A DNA stretch of 64,000 bases from Trichoplax adhaerens (Eukaryota; Animalia; Placozoa). The notes beneath the pieces were generated by a model. The model made no database searches and had not been told where the DNA came from. It was given only the letters and a program-made list of their open reading frames with translations. Positions 14,726-26,898 of this stretch are shown here, piece by piece. Both the position numbers and the translations under genes were made by a program. Within the stretch, counting starts at the first letter, position 1, and each line of letters starts with the position of its first letter. The stretch lies in contig NW_002060962.1 in NCBI RefSeq assembly GCF_000150275.1, forward strand, positions 496,001 to 560,000, given 5' to 3'.

Positions 14726-15119
14726 TTTAGTGCATTATACACATTGTGGATGGCGCTGCATGCGACTGTACCAATTATGCTAATTAGACTGTAGTGAGTT
14801 GGCTCCCGATGCTGATGATGATTTGTATTCGAAATTTTAATGATGCTAAACGAATTCAATACTGTAGTCCAAATGGGGAGAGGGAGGAAATATCAAGTGG
14901 CAATTGTGCAAGGTTATATATAAGTGTCATTGTAGTGATTTCAGCTAATTCCAGTAGTTTTATGTCGGCAATACAGGGATAGTATGTAATGTAGAACTGT
15001 ATGTGCTAATAAAGTAAGTGTTGATCAGTACACTACAGTCATGTTTCTTGTGGTCTGATAAAGAGTTGATACATGAGATGTGGTGAGAGATTATTTTTAT
15101 GGATGAGCAAGAAGAGAAG

Positions 15120-15300
15120 AGAGACGAGGATATATGAAGGAGAAGCGAAAGGAGAGTCCACATCTAGTGTACAAAAATCAAGTACATTAAGATGAGACAG
15201 GCTCAGTTCCATATTACACGTATTCTTATCCATAAGTTACTATGAGTGACGAGGATGTGTGAAGAAGAAGCGAAAGGAGAGTCCACATCTACGTATTCTT
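15120..15300. repeat. Direct duplication with ~125 bp spacing, abutting the 172 bp array
   Basis: gacgaggatRtRtgaagRagaagcgaaaggagagtccacatcta at 15123 and 15248. Confidence 0.85.
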
Positions 15301-15302
15301 AT

Positions 15303-16322
15303 CCGTAAGTGTCATCCATAGTAGAATATGGAACAAGAAGGATCTCTTGATGTGGCATTGGATCCAGATTGAAAGATTTCAAGTCGAAATGCCATGGCAA
15401 CTTGCAGTCTCCACTGGGCTACAACAACGATGCATCATTCTATAGACTGGAGAGACTGGAGAGTAGACTGTTCTCCATAAGTGTCATCCATAGTAGAATA
15501 TGGAACAAGAAGGATCTCTTGATGTGGCATTGGATCCAGATTGAAAGATTTCAAGTCGAAATGCCATGGCAACTTGCAGTCTCCACTGGGCTACAACAAC
15601 GATGCATCATTCTATAGACTGGAGAGACTGGAGAGTAGACTGTTCTCCATAAGTGTCATCCAGAGTAGAATATGGAACAAGAAGGATCTCTAGATGTGGC
15701 ATTGGATCCAGATTGAAAGATTTCAAGTCGAAATGCCATGGCAACTTGCAGTCTCCACTGGGCTACAACAACGATGCATCATTCTATAGACTGGAGAGAC
15801 TGGAGAGTAGACTGTTCTCCATAAGTGTCATCCAGAGTAGAATATGGAACAAGAAGGATCTCTAGATGTGGCATTGGATCCAGATTGAAAGATTTCAAGT
15901 CGAAATGCCATGGCAACTTGCAGTCTCCACTGGGCTACAACAGCGATGCATCATTCTATAGACTGGAGAGACTGGAGAGTAGACTGTTCTCCATAAGTGT
16001 CATCCAGAGTAGAATATGGAACAAGAAGGATCTCTTGATGTGGCATTGGATCCAGATTGAAAGATTTCAAGTCGAAATGCCATGGCAACTTGCAGTCTCC
16101 ACTGGGCTACAACAACGATGCATCATTCTAGAGACTGGAGAGTAGACTGTTCTCCATAAGTGTCATCCAGAGTAGAATATGGAACAAGAAGGATCTCTTG
16201 ATGTGGCATTGGATCCAGATTGAAAGATTTCAAGTCGAAATGCCATGGCAACTTGCAGTCTCCACTGGGCTACAACAGCGATGCAGCATTTTATAGACTG
16301 GAGAGACTGGAGAGTAGACTGT
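15303..16322. repeat. Homogeneous tandem array, six units of 172 bp (fifth unit 163 bp)
   Basis: The unit ccataagtgtcatccagagtagaatatggaacaagaagg...aatgccatggcaac...agactggagagactggagagtagactg recurs. AATGCCATGGCAAC starts at 15388, 15560, 15732, 15904, 16076 and 16239. Confidence 0.97.
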
Positions 16323-16417
16323 CGCAGTCAGGGGCGCTGGTCAGAAAGCTGGCATTTTTTCTGACCCATCTCCATACAGTACAGTGTACCGTATCGCTGT
16401 GACCGACAACCACACTG

Positions 16418-17146
16418 TATATAAGGCAAGCAACGCGTCAGAATAGGACCGTCTTTTGTAACTCGATACGGCTGCAAATCTCTTGATAGTTTGCCTTGCA
16501 CTAGTCAGACTGGTGCGGTTTGCAATTGGAGAGCCTTGTGTTGCTAAGGTTTGCAGGCGTTGGGTGTGCTTATCCTTCCTTTCTTACTAGGATGGCAATT
16601 TTCAACGTTTAGTCTACATTGCTTTTGAAATTGGAAGCCTTGTGGAATGCTTGTGGTGAATACTAAGTTGTAGAATCATCTGAATACGAAAAGGTTAGTA
16701 CTCTGCAATTTGTGTCAGGGATTACGTTTTACGTCTTTCCTTCTTGCAGCTGAAATGGCTACGATCGTCGGTTGTTTTTGAAACTTCTTTCAACATGAAT
16801 GTGGATCATGTTGTGTACGCATACAGTAAACCACTTTGACGATGGACATTAGATCATGATGAGTGCCATGATCGACTGATTTCTTCCTCTGTGCTATATC
16901 CATTTTACAGTCACCACTACTGTGATGGCTTTAGTCGACGCCTTCACAAGCGATATTCCATACGGTAGAATTTTTCACGTCGTCATGGCAAGTCGAGCAG
17001 TCAGACTGATCGACTTGCCACTGTATTGCTATCCGTGGTCTTGGCAATCGTTGTTATTTTGGCATTGCATGTCTGTCCTAGTTAAAATAAATACATCATG
17101 CATTACAAGCTGTTGTGTATTTTCGTGGGGAACATTACTATACTAA
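16418..17146 (+). other. Possible TATA-driven spliced non-coding or degenerate transcription unit
   Basis: TATATAAG at 16418-16425. A well-formed 56 nt intron at 16694-16749 (AAG|gttagt...tttccttcttgcag|). Further polypyrimidine acceptors end at 16590 and 16910. No credible ORF. Confidence 0.3.
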
Positions 17147-17475
17147 CATTAACTAAGTCTAAGATTCAGATATATGACACAAGCCACTTTCTCCATAGTA
17201 TGATGGCGCTTATTTATTGCCAGTTGAATGCCGGTGGTTATTATTTGGCATTGCATGTCCATCCTAGTTAAAATAAATACAAATTATCATGCATTACAAG
17301 CCACTTTCTCCATAGTATGATGACGCTTGTTTATTGCCAGTTGAATGCCGGTGGTTATTATTTGGCATTGCATGTCCATCCTAGTTAAAATAAATACAAA
17401 TTATCATGCATTACAAGCCACTTTCTCCATAGTATGATGGCGCTTGTTTATTGCCTCGTTGAATGCCAGTGGTTA
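17050..17475. repeat. ~117 bp tandem repeat, about 3.5 copies
   Basis: acaagccactttctccatagtatgatgRcgctt at about 17179, 17297 and 17414; tggcattgcatgt...cctagttaaaataaatac at about 17060, 17246 and 17363. Confidence 0.92.
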
Positions 17476-17789
17476 ATTAATAAACAGTTCATACAATATC
17501 AACACTTATTCTAGTCTATTGACAGTATAGTTGAATTCCAGATGAATCTGGTAGTATGGTATCAGTTCATGACAGTAAGAAGGGACAAAAGCACTCTATG
17601 TAATTACGTCTGTGATGATAGTAAATCTCTACACGCCTTTCCAATCTTAACAGCATAATGTCAACTGCTCTAGAGATGGACCAAAAAGTAGACTGTACAT
17701 GCAGGTGATACAGCCGATAATGACAGTACTACAGTAGAAGATTGAATGACTAAAGTCCAAGGAGAGTAATATACCTGCAGTGCAAGTTG

Positions 17790-18640
17790 TTCACTTCCAA
17801 ACGCGAAACGCTAATATTGACATTGTTGTTCTTGTACAATATTATTATCGGCGGTAGATTCCCAGCTGGGACTACATAAAATAACAGTATAATATTCAAC
17901 TGCACTAGGGACATACTTCTAGAGTTGACGGTACTGTTGTAAGATATGGCTTACTTTACTTGCATTCAATTCGGTCTCCTTGCTAAAGTGAGCAAAATAC
18001 TATCCTGTATCACAACAAGGATATCTAGAGTATTATGCTACTAATAATCAATCACTAAAGAAATCGAGCCAAAGCGCTACAATTGTACAATGTACGCGTA
18101 TATTCGTATATAGGCTGTACATCCGATGACAGAATTGCACTGGAAGATAATTTCTCTCGTCTAAACTACTACAAATAACCACTCTACTTTCTACAGCGGA
18201 TGACTGTAAATTGCATCCAGGTACTAGATAATTTCTCTCATCTACAACTGTAAACTACTACAAATGGTTACTCTACTTTCTACGGTGGGTTATTGTACAA
18301 ATTGCATCCAAGTACAGTAGTTGTTCAACACCAAACACCAGCATTTACCTTGTTGTTCTTGAACGTACAATACTATCGGTAGTAAAATCTCAGCCGACAC
18401 TGTATAAAATAAAAGTCTGAATGATGGTATAATATCCACTGCTCGATGTCTCAATGGTTTTCTTGTACAGTAAAACAGAGTAATTTTTCTCATCTACACT
18501 ACTGGAAATGGTGACTCTACCTTCTACGGTAGTATTGCATCCAAGTCCATTACTGTAGTTGTTCCATGACGAAACACCAGTATTTGCCTTGTTGTTTTTC
18601 CTTCAATACTACGGTCAGTAGCAGAATCTTAGCTGGCATT
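17790..18640. repeat. Degenerate direct repeats
   Basis: taatttYtctc.tcta...actctacYttctac at about 18146, 18227 and 18478; ttgttgttYtt...caatactaYcgg blocks at about 17820, 18350 and 18590. Confidence 0.7.
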
Positions 18641-18996
18641 TCATAAATGGGTTAGATCAAGTCCAATAGACAGGCCACCATTTTTACATACTGTATCATA
18701 AACAAATAGGCATAATGGATCTTTACAGTTACTCTACGTCTGTGCTAGTGTAGCTTTCTCACCTTACCATTCCACGTTGTCTGCTCGCCTAACAAGTAAC
18801 ATTTTTGACCTCTCCAACTTTAAAGGGTCTTTTTACCCTTCTTGTGATACAGTATATCAATGTTGCATCAATAACATGACAAACTAAACTGATACTACGA
18901 TAGTGCGAGTATTTAGGTATAAAATTTGGTACTAAAAAAAGTTTGTACGTACGTACGCGCATTTCTCAATCGTAAGGTGTCTTTGATGGTGGCTTC

Positions 18997-21900
18997 ATGA
19001 ATTGGCCTAACAAAAAGATACTGTTAATCTTGGCCGCTATCTTGATATTGGTAACTGCTGCCTGCTTTTGGTATAGCAACCATAGAAGGTTGCGGCTATA
19101 TCATACAAATGGAAATATAGTTCCCGATCATTATATGAACTTTACTGATGACGAAGACCTTACATTTCCACATCCAGCTGTGACGATTACAAATGCTGGC
19201 CTAGATGGTGAAAAATTAGCTGCAAATAAAACTCCTAATATTAACCCTCATTGCCGTATGAGCAATTGCTTTAACTATAGCAGGTGTATTGGCCGCCCTT
19301 TCAAAGTTTACGTATATGATGGAAATAATAAAATGTCCGATAGCTATGCTAGAGTTGTCCGAACCATTCAGAATAGTCCTTACTATACTAACCAGCCAGA
19401 TCAAGCGTGCCTATTTGTTTTAGCTGTTGATACTCTTGACCGTGACAAATCAAGTGAAGATTACGTAAATCGCGTCTCCAAGATTAGTTCTCATAAGTTA
19501 TGGAATCGTGGTTATAATCATATCATCTTTAATTTATTCGCTGGTACCTGGCCGGATTATGCTGAAGATCTAAGCTTATCTTTAGAGAATGCGATCCTCA
19601 TCAAAGCATCCTTTTCAGACTCTACCTATCGTCTTGGCTTTGATATCAGCTGGCCGTTATTTGGTAAAGATTATCCTTTACATAATTTGCAAAATGATGG
19701 TCGTCAGCCAGGAAGTTTATCAAGTATTTTCCCAATTCACCGAAAGTATAAAGCAGCTTTTAAAGGCAAACGTTATGTATTGGGAATAGGAAGTGAAACT
19801 AGAAATGCTTTACACCACTTACATGATGATCTCAATTATATCATGGTAACAACGTGTAAACATGGTAATACCTGGCGAGAGCATCAAGATAGTAGATGTG
19901 TGGTTGATGAGCTAACGTATGGAGAGTAAGTAAAACCAAAATGTGCAAATAGGACCTACAGGGTATACAGTAAACGTGACATTTATATCGTCCTTCTGTT
20001 CATATATCCATGCATCAGTCTCTTGACTCTTGTAATGGTAGTTGCCTGCATCTACACAGTAAATAACGTTACAGTATAGTAGTATTTGTTATATTTACAC
20101 GAGGTACGATTGATTTATATAAATTAGCAAGTAGCGTCTCCAAGTATGAGTACATCATATCCAATAAAATTAATTTTATAAGTAAGAAATAGCGCTTTGC
20201 AATGACAAAATCTTTATAATGAAGATAAAATTACAGTCGCCACTTCTGTGTTCTAAGTATACGACAATATTCCTCAATACAGGTACGACTATCAAGATTT
20301 GCTGATAAATTCCACATTTTGCTTGGTCCCACGGGGTAGGCGCCTGGGCTCTTTTCGATTCTTGGAGGCGCTTCAGTTTGGTTGCATACCAATTGTGCTA
20401 AGCAATGGGTGGGTGCTGCCATTCTCTGAAGTCATTGATTGGAAGAAAGCTTGCGTACAGATTGATGAAAGGCAATTATTCGATGTAAGTATTTAACATA
20501 TTTTCCTTAAATCTTGAATACGCAATTCTATAAATACGTAATATGCTATTATTGCATGATTACATTTAAAATGCAATGACATCTTAATCAATTTCTTGCT
20601 GCAGGTGCCAGAGTTAATTGAGTCTATTAGTGATGAAAAAATACTTGCTATGAAGCAGCAAAGTATATTCCTATGGCAAACTTATTTTCAATCTGTAACT
20701 AGGATCGTTCTGTCTACTTTAGAGGTAATTACTGAAAAATTGTTTACATTAGACTAGCAAATTAATAGTTGTGTATATAGATTAACTTGTGAGTGTCACG
20801 GAAAAAATCTTAGTATTGTATTGCAACTTAATTGTTGCGAATATCTTTAACAGAAATGTATTATATGGCTGTGAGTTTAAATAGCGTTATATAAAATAAA
20901 AGTCTAATTCGAATTATTTTACTAGATTATTCGAGGCCGTATTGACCAAACTAATCCAGTACATAATCTGTTATGGAACCACGTACCTGGTGCCTTAGCT
21001 GCGTTACATACTCCATTTCTAGAAGATGCACAAGATTATCCCTTTTATTCTAATGGGATATGGAATTCTCATGTCCAAAAGGCATTTACTGCTATCATTG
21101 TCGTAAGAAATTATCCAGATCGTAAAAAATCCACGGCTTTCTACCAGTTAATGCGTACTCTGACTAGTTTGCCTGTTGTAAATAAGGTAAATATGTTAAT
21201 GAACTCTATCTAATGAATATCGCTCCAGTTACTTATCAAGTTTAATTCTCTACTAAATTTAACTTTACGATATCTAGGTATGGATTCATTGGCGATGTAA
21301 GCAGCCAATCATCGCTGTATCTGAACTACCCAGAATATTATCTAATATATCTATTGTTATATCTGATTTCAGAAATCAGGTATGTTATGTTTTTTTGCAG
21401 TTACATAACACTACAGAAATATCGTTAATTAAATTCACTTTTTCATTATTCCATGCTTTAATTTAATCATCATTAATGTTAAATTTTCTGACTTAAACAA
21501 TCAGTTCTGTTGCGTTAACTTTTGTATTAGTTAAGGATAGGTGTCGATATTAACTTGATTTTATTAATGAAACGTTAGGATTACTATTTGAGCAACGTCT
21601 CGAATTTAATGCATATTATTGAGACGCAAGCCATTCTATTTTTAGAGCAAGATGCTGTATATAATAAAGACGAGGTTGCTATATATTTTCGTTCGAATAT
21701 AAATATTTACTAAATGAACATTTTAGCTCATTTACTAATTACACGATATAATAATATAGATCCTATTTGCCTTCGATATCTGGCGGTCCTTTACCGATAG
21801 ACTGGTTGGTTACGCTAGTAAAAGTCATTATTGGAATGATGTCCATAAAAGATATGAATTTACCTCTAAGTGGCTTAATTACTATTCGATTATAATGTTA

Positions 21901-22406
21901 AATGGAGCTTTTATACATAGGTAAAGGATTTAAAATTATTTTTTAGTATTGTAGATATTTTATTTTGCGAAATTGCTAGCTGTGTGCGATGATATACTTA
22001 TTCATACACTAAATGTTTGAAATCTTTTGGCAGATACTACTACGACTTGGTATATCATTTCTTTTCTGATGTTGCCTTAAACAAAATTCAGCGCCTAGAC
22101 AATTGTTTAGACATTGCAATCAACACTGTTATTTCTTATATTACGAATAAGCCACCCGTCAAGTTAACGCAAAAGAAATATCATAAAATATCTGAAGAAT
22201 TTTCTAGTAATGAACCAGCATTAAAGGTACTACGTCGAAGAATGTCTCAAAGATGGAAATGTTTGAATTACTTAACCGAATTGTTTGGAAGGCTACCATT
22301 AATACATTCCTATCTTCGTTATGATCCCTTATCATTTAAACATCAACTGACCGCTGATCGCAAGCGGCATCGCCAAACCAAAGATTTATTTGATAATATT
22401 TATTAA
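18997..22406 (+). CDS. EXT1: Exostosin-1, heparan sulfate copolymerase subunit (GT47 + GT64)
   Basis: Type II anchor; [55 protein letters not shown] and [22 protein letters not shown] (EXT1-type). The C-terminal GT64 domain includes [16 protein letters not shown] and KPPVKLTQK. Confidence 0.95.
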
Positions 22407-22989
22407 TATGGAACGTAACAGAGATATCTGTAGCTTTGATTGTTGTTTACTTTATTATTATATGTTATTTAGAACATTATGTTTCTATTAGTTCAGTTTC
22501 ATATGTAGCGTTTAAAAATTTAGAACAATTCGAAAAGCATTTATTTTTATAATTAATTTTACGACTCATTTACTAATCGGGTGTCAGTACTATCTTATTG
22601 AAAAAAATCAAACCTAAAATTGAATAAAGGTGATTCACGTATTACATACCACAATTGATGTCAATTTATTGCTGTATCATACTTATTAATCAATTTCCGA
22701 ATGCAAAAGAATGACTATAAGCACGGTTTAAAGTGTAGAATATCAAGACCTTTTAAATCGTCTAATGTGGAGAATGATTTGCCATTGACGATATCATATT
22801 GTAATATCGTTACATTAATGTAAGGAGTATATCTTACTTACTCCTTTGCGAACTTCATTAATAGCACGTTTAAGTTATAGCATTTCTAGCATGATTTTGC
22901 TTAAGTTTTATACCTTACTGCAATGTACGCAAATTTATACGTAGACTAGAGTTTACTTTCGCTGGTATTACTGACACATATTTAGGCCA

Positions 22990-24711
22990 TTAAAATTTGC
23001 GTAGTTCCCATTTTATTTCGCCAAGGTCATCATCACCAACTTTAGCTATAATATAACAAAGTAGTAGAATACAGTCGTAAATAACACAACATTCATTCAG
23101 TGCAGATTTTAATACGTACTAGATTGGGTAACGCGCGATAGTGATGATCGTTATTAACCTACCGACTTTGTTTTCAATTAATAACTTTTTCAAAGTAAGA
23201 ACAAGGTTGTTTTCCGCTGCTAATAAATATGATTCCGGAATATCCTTTACATAAGATACGGAATATTTAACCCATGTAGTAAACGCCAAAAAATACCCCA
23301 AATTACTATAAATACATACTCGCATACAGAACATACGAAGTCATACTATTGTAACTACACGCCAAACCTTGTATACGATTTTTGTCAATTCCATTGAAGA
23401 AGCAAGTTTACCACTCAGGCTTCTCATAACATTAAGAATCTAAGCAGGAAATAATATAATTATTTTGAAAGATGTTATACAAGAATTAAATCTTTGATCT
23501 TATAACAGTTAAAGCTAATGCTGCTCACTTGGTCTTCTCTTTCTTTCCGATGAGAAATATATTCCCTGATCTTGGAATGGGCGTCCTTGATAATTGGTCC
23601 ATGGCCCGGGTATATGATTTTGCAAGGATAATTTAATAATAATTTTAACGATTGTATCAATTCGTATAAATCGTCGAATACCTATTACAATGGATAGAAA
23701 GGTTATCATTACATATTCAGACCAGATGCATTCAGTGGCATACATTCTGCTATCATACAATTTCAATTCGATTAGTGAAAATATTCAAAATGCAATTCGT
23801 AAATGTAGATAGGGACCAATACAGCAATGGCTTTATTTAATACCGTTGTTCCCTGTCCTAAAATGCAATCGCCACTTAATATAGCTTCATCCTCTTGAAG
23901 ATATATTGCCATATGATCGCAACAGTGTCCTGGTGTATGTATAACTTTAAGTGTTGCTCCATCAGTCTTAATGATTTCACCATCTTCTAAATATTGGTAA
24001 TGCAAGCTATTATCATTTATAACGTCTTCTTTCCTATTGTCCTTGAACGGTAACTTCTTGATTGGTATTCTTTCGCCTATAAATGAATTCAATTATCACA
24101 TTACAATTTAATTTAATTGATGACTTTTAATCATTTTACAGAGAATTGATTCTATTCATAATTATATGATTTCCGACGTGATTTCAATGCTTGAATACGC
24201 AATTAAATTAATTGAAATGCAAAGATAATATAAAACTCAGTTCTGTATTAGTACATGAGCGGACTAACCACCCAGAACGTCATTTATAACAGCGGCAATG
24301 GCTCCAACATGATCTCCATGATGATGAGTCAAGAGAATTTCTTGTAAGCCAATGTCATTCTTGAGCAAAACTTCTTTTAATTTATCAGTATAAAGAGGTA
24401 TTTCAGGTTCTGAAGTATCTACCAGTATCCGTCTAGAAAGTATTGACGAATATACCAACTATGATTATGATTATAAATAGGGTAGAAAATTCAAAAATAC
24501 AAATCATGTACAATAGCTTACAATACTATACAGTAAGAATGAAATTTAATTGATTTAGTATGATATATGGATATTACTTTTTGCCTGTCCCTATAATATA
24601 AGAGTTTGTGCCCTGAAGAGTCATCATACCGGGATTGCCACCTAGTATTCGAATAACCCTGGGAGATAGTTGTGCTTCCATTTCCAATGGAACTAAACTG
24701 CCAGCAGTCAT
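22990..24711 (-). CDS. LACTB2: Metallo-beta-lactamase-fold endoribonuclease LACTB2, paralogue A
   Basis: [47 protein letters not shown] (HxHxDH), [26 protein letters not shown]; ends WELRKF* at 22990. Confidence 0.93.
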
Positions 24712-26898
24712 TTTGAGTTGGAGTCACTAGTATTTGAAGTAAAATTTCATTATAGAATGAATTCATTAATTTGTGCTTAGCATAACATATTATTATTACA
24801 TCATCTTGCATGACATGCTCCTTAATTATACATTAATGTATAAAAATATAATCCTATTATCAAAGAGTTTCAAACAGTCTAGCGAAGATCACCATGTCTA
24901 ATATTACAGTATTAGCTATTGCAGATGTTACACAGGACAGTAGCTTGCAATAGGGCATTTTAGTGCATCATGTTATTATAACTTTGCTAATGGTAGATCC
25001 AGTAACAAAGTCAAGCAAACTTCTCTTGTACGCATAGCATACTCTACGATGTATATATTTAGCTGTGTACTGTAGTGCAAAAGCAGACTTGCAAGAAAAT
25101 CAGCGAAATTTTAACTTATTATACTATATTTGACTTAATCAAGGACTACTACTGTTCTACAACTGACATCTATATCACCCATATCACCAATCAATTAGGT
25201 TTAGTTCAATATTAATATATGTTCACTCGTATAAAATCATGGATACTTTCGTCTTATTTTCTATCAAGTCTACACATGTATCATAGGTCAGTTAGGTTTA
25301 GATCAGTATTTATTATTAGATTGGCATAAATCAATTTCTTTTTTGGCCATTACTAATGCTTACGTCAATGCAAGAAGGATCGTGATCATTGGGGATAAAT
25401 TCAATTCTACGTAAGGTAGTGTTCCGTCTTTATTAAGATGAACGTTCTATAGGTAAAACTCATTACGTAGTTGCGTCATATCCTCAGATTTACCAATCCC
25501 ACGTTTGATTATCAATAACCGTATCTGCCAGGATACTAGATGTCGTAGTATCCATCCATCACTGGTTCAAATGTAACGTAGAAATTGAGATTTATTTAGA
25601 AGACTCAACAACAGTAGAATGGAAGCAATGTAATGGATAGTGCAAAATGTAATGTGAACTGTTTGTCAACAGGAGAAGTAGGCAGCAGAGGCATGAACTT
25701 TATAGTATCAAACTATAATCATAAATACATAAGTTCAGTGATAGCAACAAGCCTATTTAGCATATATGCTGTATATATTCTACGTCTGGCATTCACCAAA
25801 CACTACAACTTGAATCGCATCAGGAAAGAGGCAAATTTTAAGAGAGCGTTGGAGTAGTTTGCATTTACTCCTAGGTACACTGGTATGATTCTATTTAAAT
25901 TGTGTCATCTCTATTTACTGATGACGACTCCAAGTATATCGGGAAAGAGGCAGCTTTTAAGTCGGTGTTACGCTGATGTCGTTCTGATTAAATTAAAGTG
26001 TGTCTATGTGTCGACCTGGATTCATTTCTATCGCTGATGAAGAAGTCAATGGCACTACAATACCTTTAAATTTGCAGTTCGAATTTCAGTAGCAAGAGAA
26101 TCAAGATTCTAAGTTGGTTGTAGAGCGCAGTACAGCACGTATATTAACGAATAACACTGCTCACAACCACAAGCTAGAACAACATTCTACAAGTGCAGAA
26201 TCTGATTCGTTTTTTATAGGTGATGAAGAAGTGAAATACCTTTTCAATCTGGATAAAATTTCAGTAGCGAGAGCCAAGATGGAGGAGGGAGATGTTAAAC
26301 CAACTGTTGGTATAGCCAGCTAAGACTATGCTTATACTATAGCTATATGTAAGTAAAAATCCCACAGAGTTGAATCATCAATCGTCATGGTAATGGTTAC
26401 TGCATAGCTACCGTAGCTATGCTTGTAACACTATATAATGGTCAGTAGACTCGTCCATCGGGCCCGTGCATAATCACTGCAATGTTTTCATGGAATCGCT
26501 CAAACTAATCAAGTAGATGGATCTCCAGCACGATCAAAAGGTAAATTCTGCAATCCATTATTAGGAGCTAGGGCAAAATTATTTGTAGATACTGTCGTTG
26601 TCTTAACAAGAGAGATTTCCTTGCAAAGAGAATTTATATGAGCTACAGGAAAATAACCATTTACTCTATGTAGTCTTGAACCGATGATACTGTTCAGTGG
26701 GGAAATTTTGTAAAAGAAGAAGAAATAACTAAGGGTGTATCAGTTGCAACTCTAGCGATTATCATTGACGAGGTAGTTTAATCAAGAAGGTGCATTAATA
26801 AATTAAAATAGTGTGTTTAATAGTGTTGTCAATAGCTGCAATACATGCAGCTTAGGTAACATCTCTAAATTTTGACTTGTAGTAAACATAGACTCAGT

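Noticed and set aside
15303-16322. 172 bp array as CRISPR array, coding repeat or hammerhead retrozyme
   Set aside because: There are no unique spacers or cas genes in this eukaryotic context. The period is not a multiple of 3 and stops occur. The closest hammerhead-like string is CTGGATGA, not CTGANGA with the required stems.
14309-16455. LTR retroelement (TGTTACGG start; gtcagaatagg resembling part of a tRNA-Leu primer site)
   Set aside because: No second LTR, no terminal CA followed by TGG, no target-site duplication and no gag/pol remnants.
22946-22957. Cryptic peroxisomal SKL* downstream of the LACTB2-A stop
   Set aside because: It is in a different frame from stop read-through, and the nearby AG acceptors do not reach that frame from the phase-1 donor.
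25917-25965. CTGATGA...GAAA hammerhead-like string between the LACTB2 copies
   Set aside because: Stem II closure is wrong and stem I cannot form; it is part of a degenerate local duplication.
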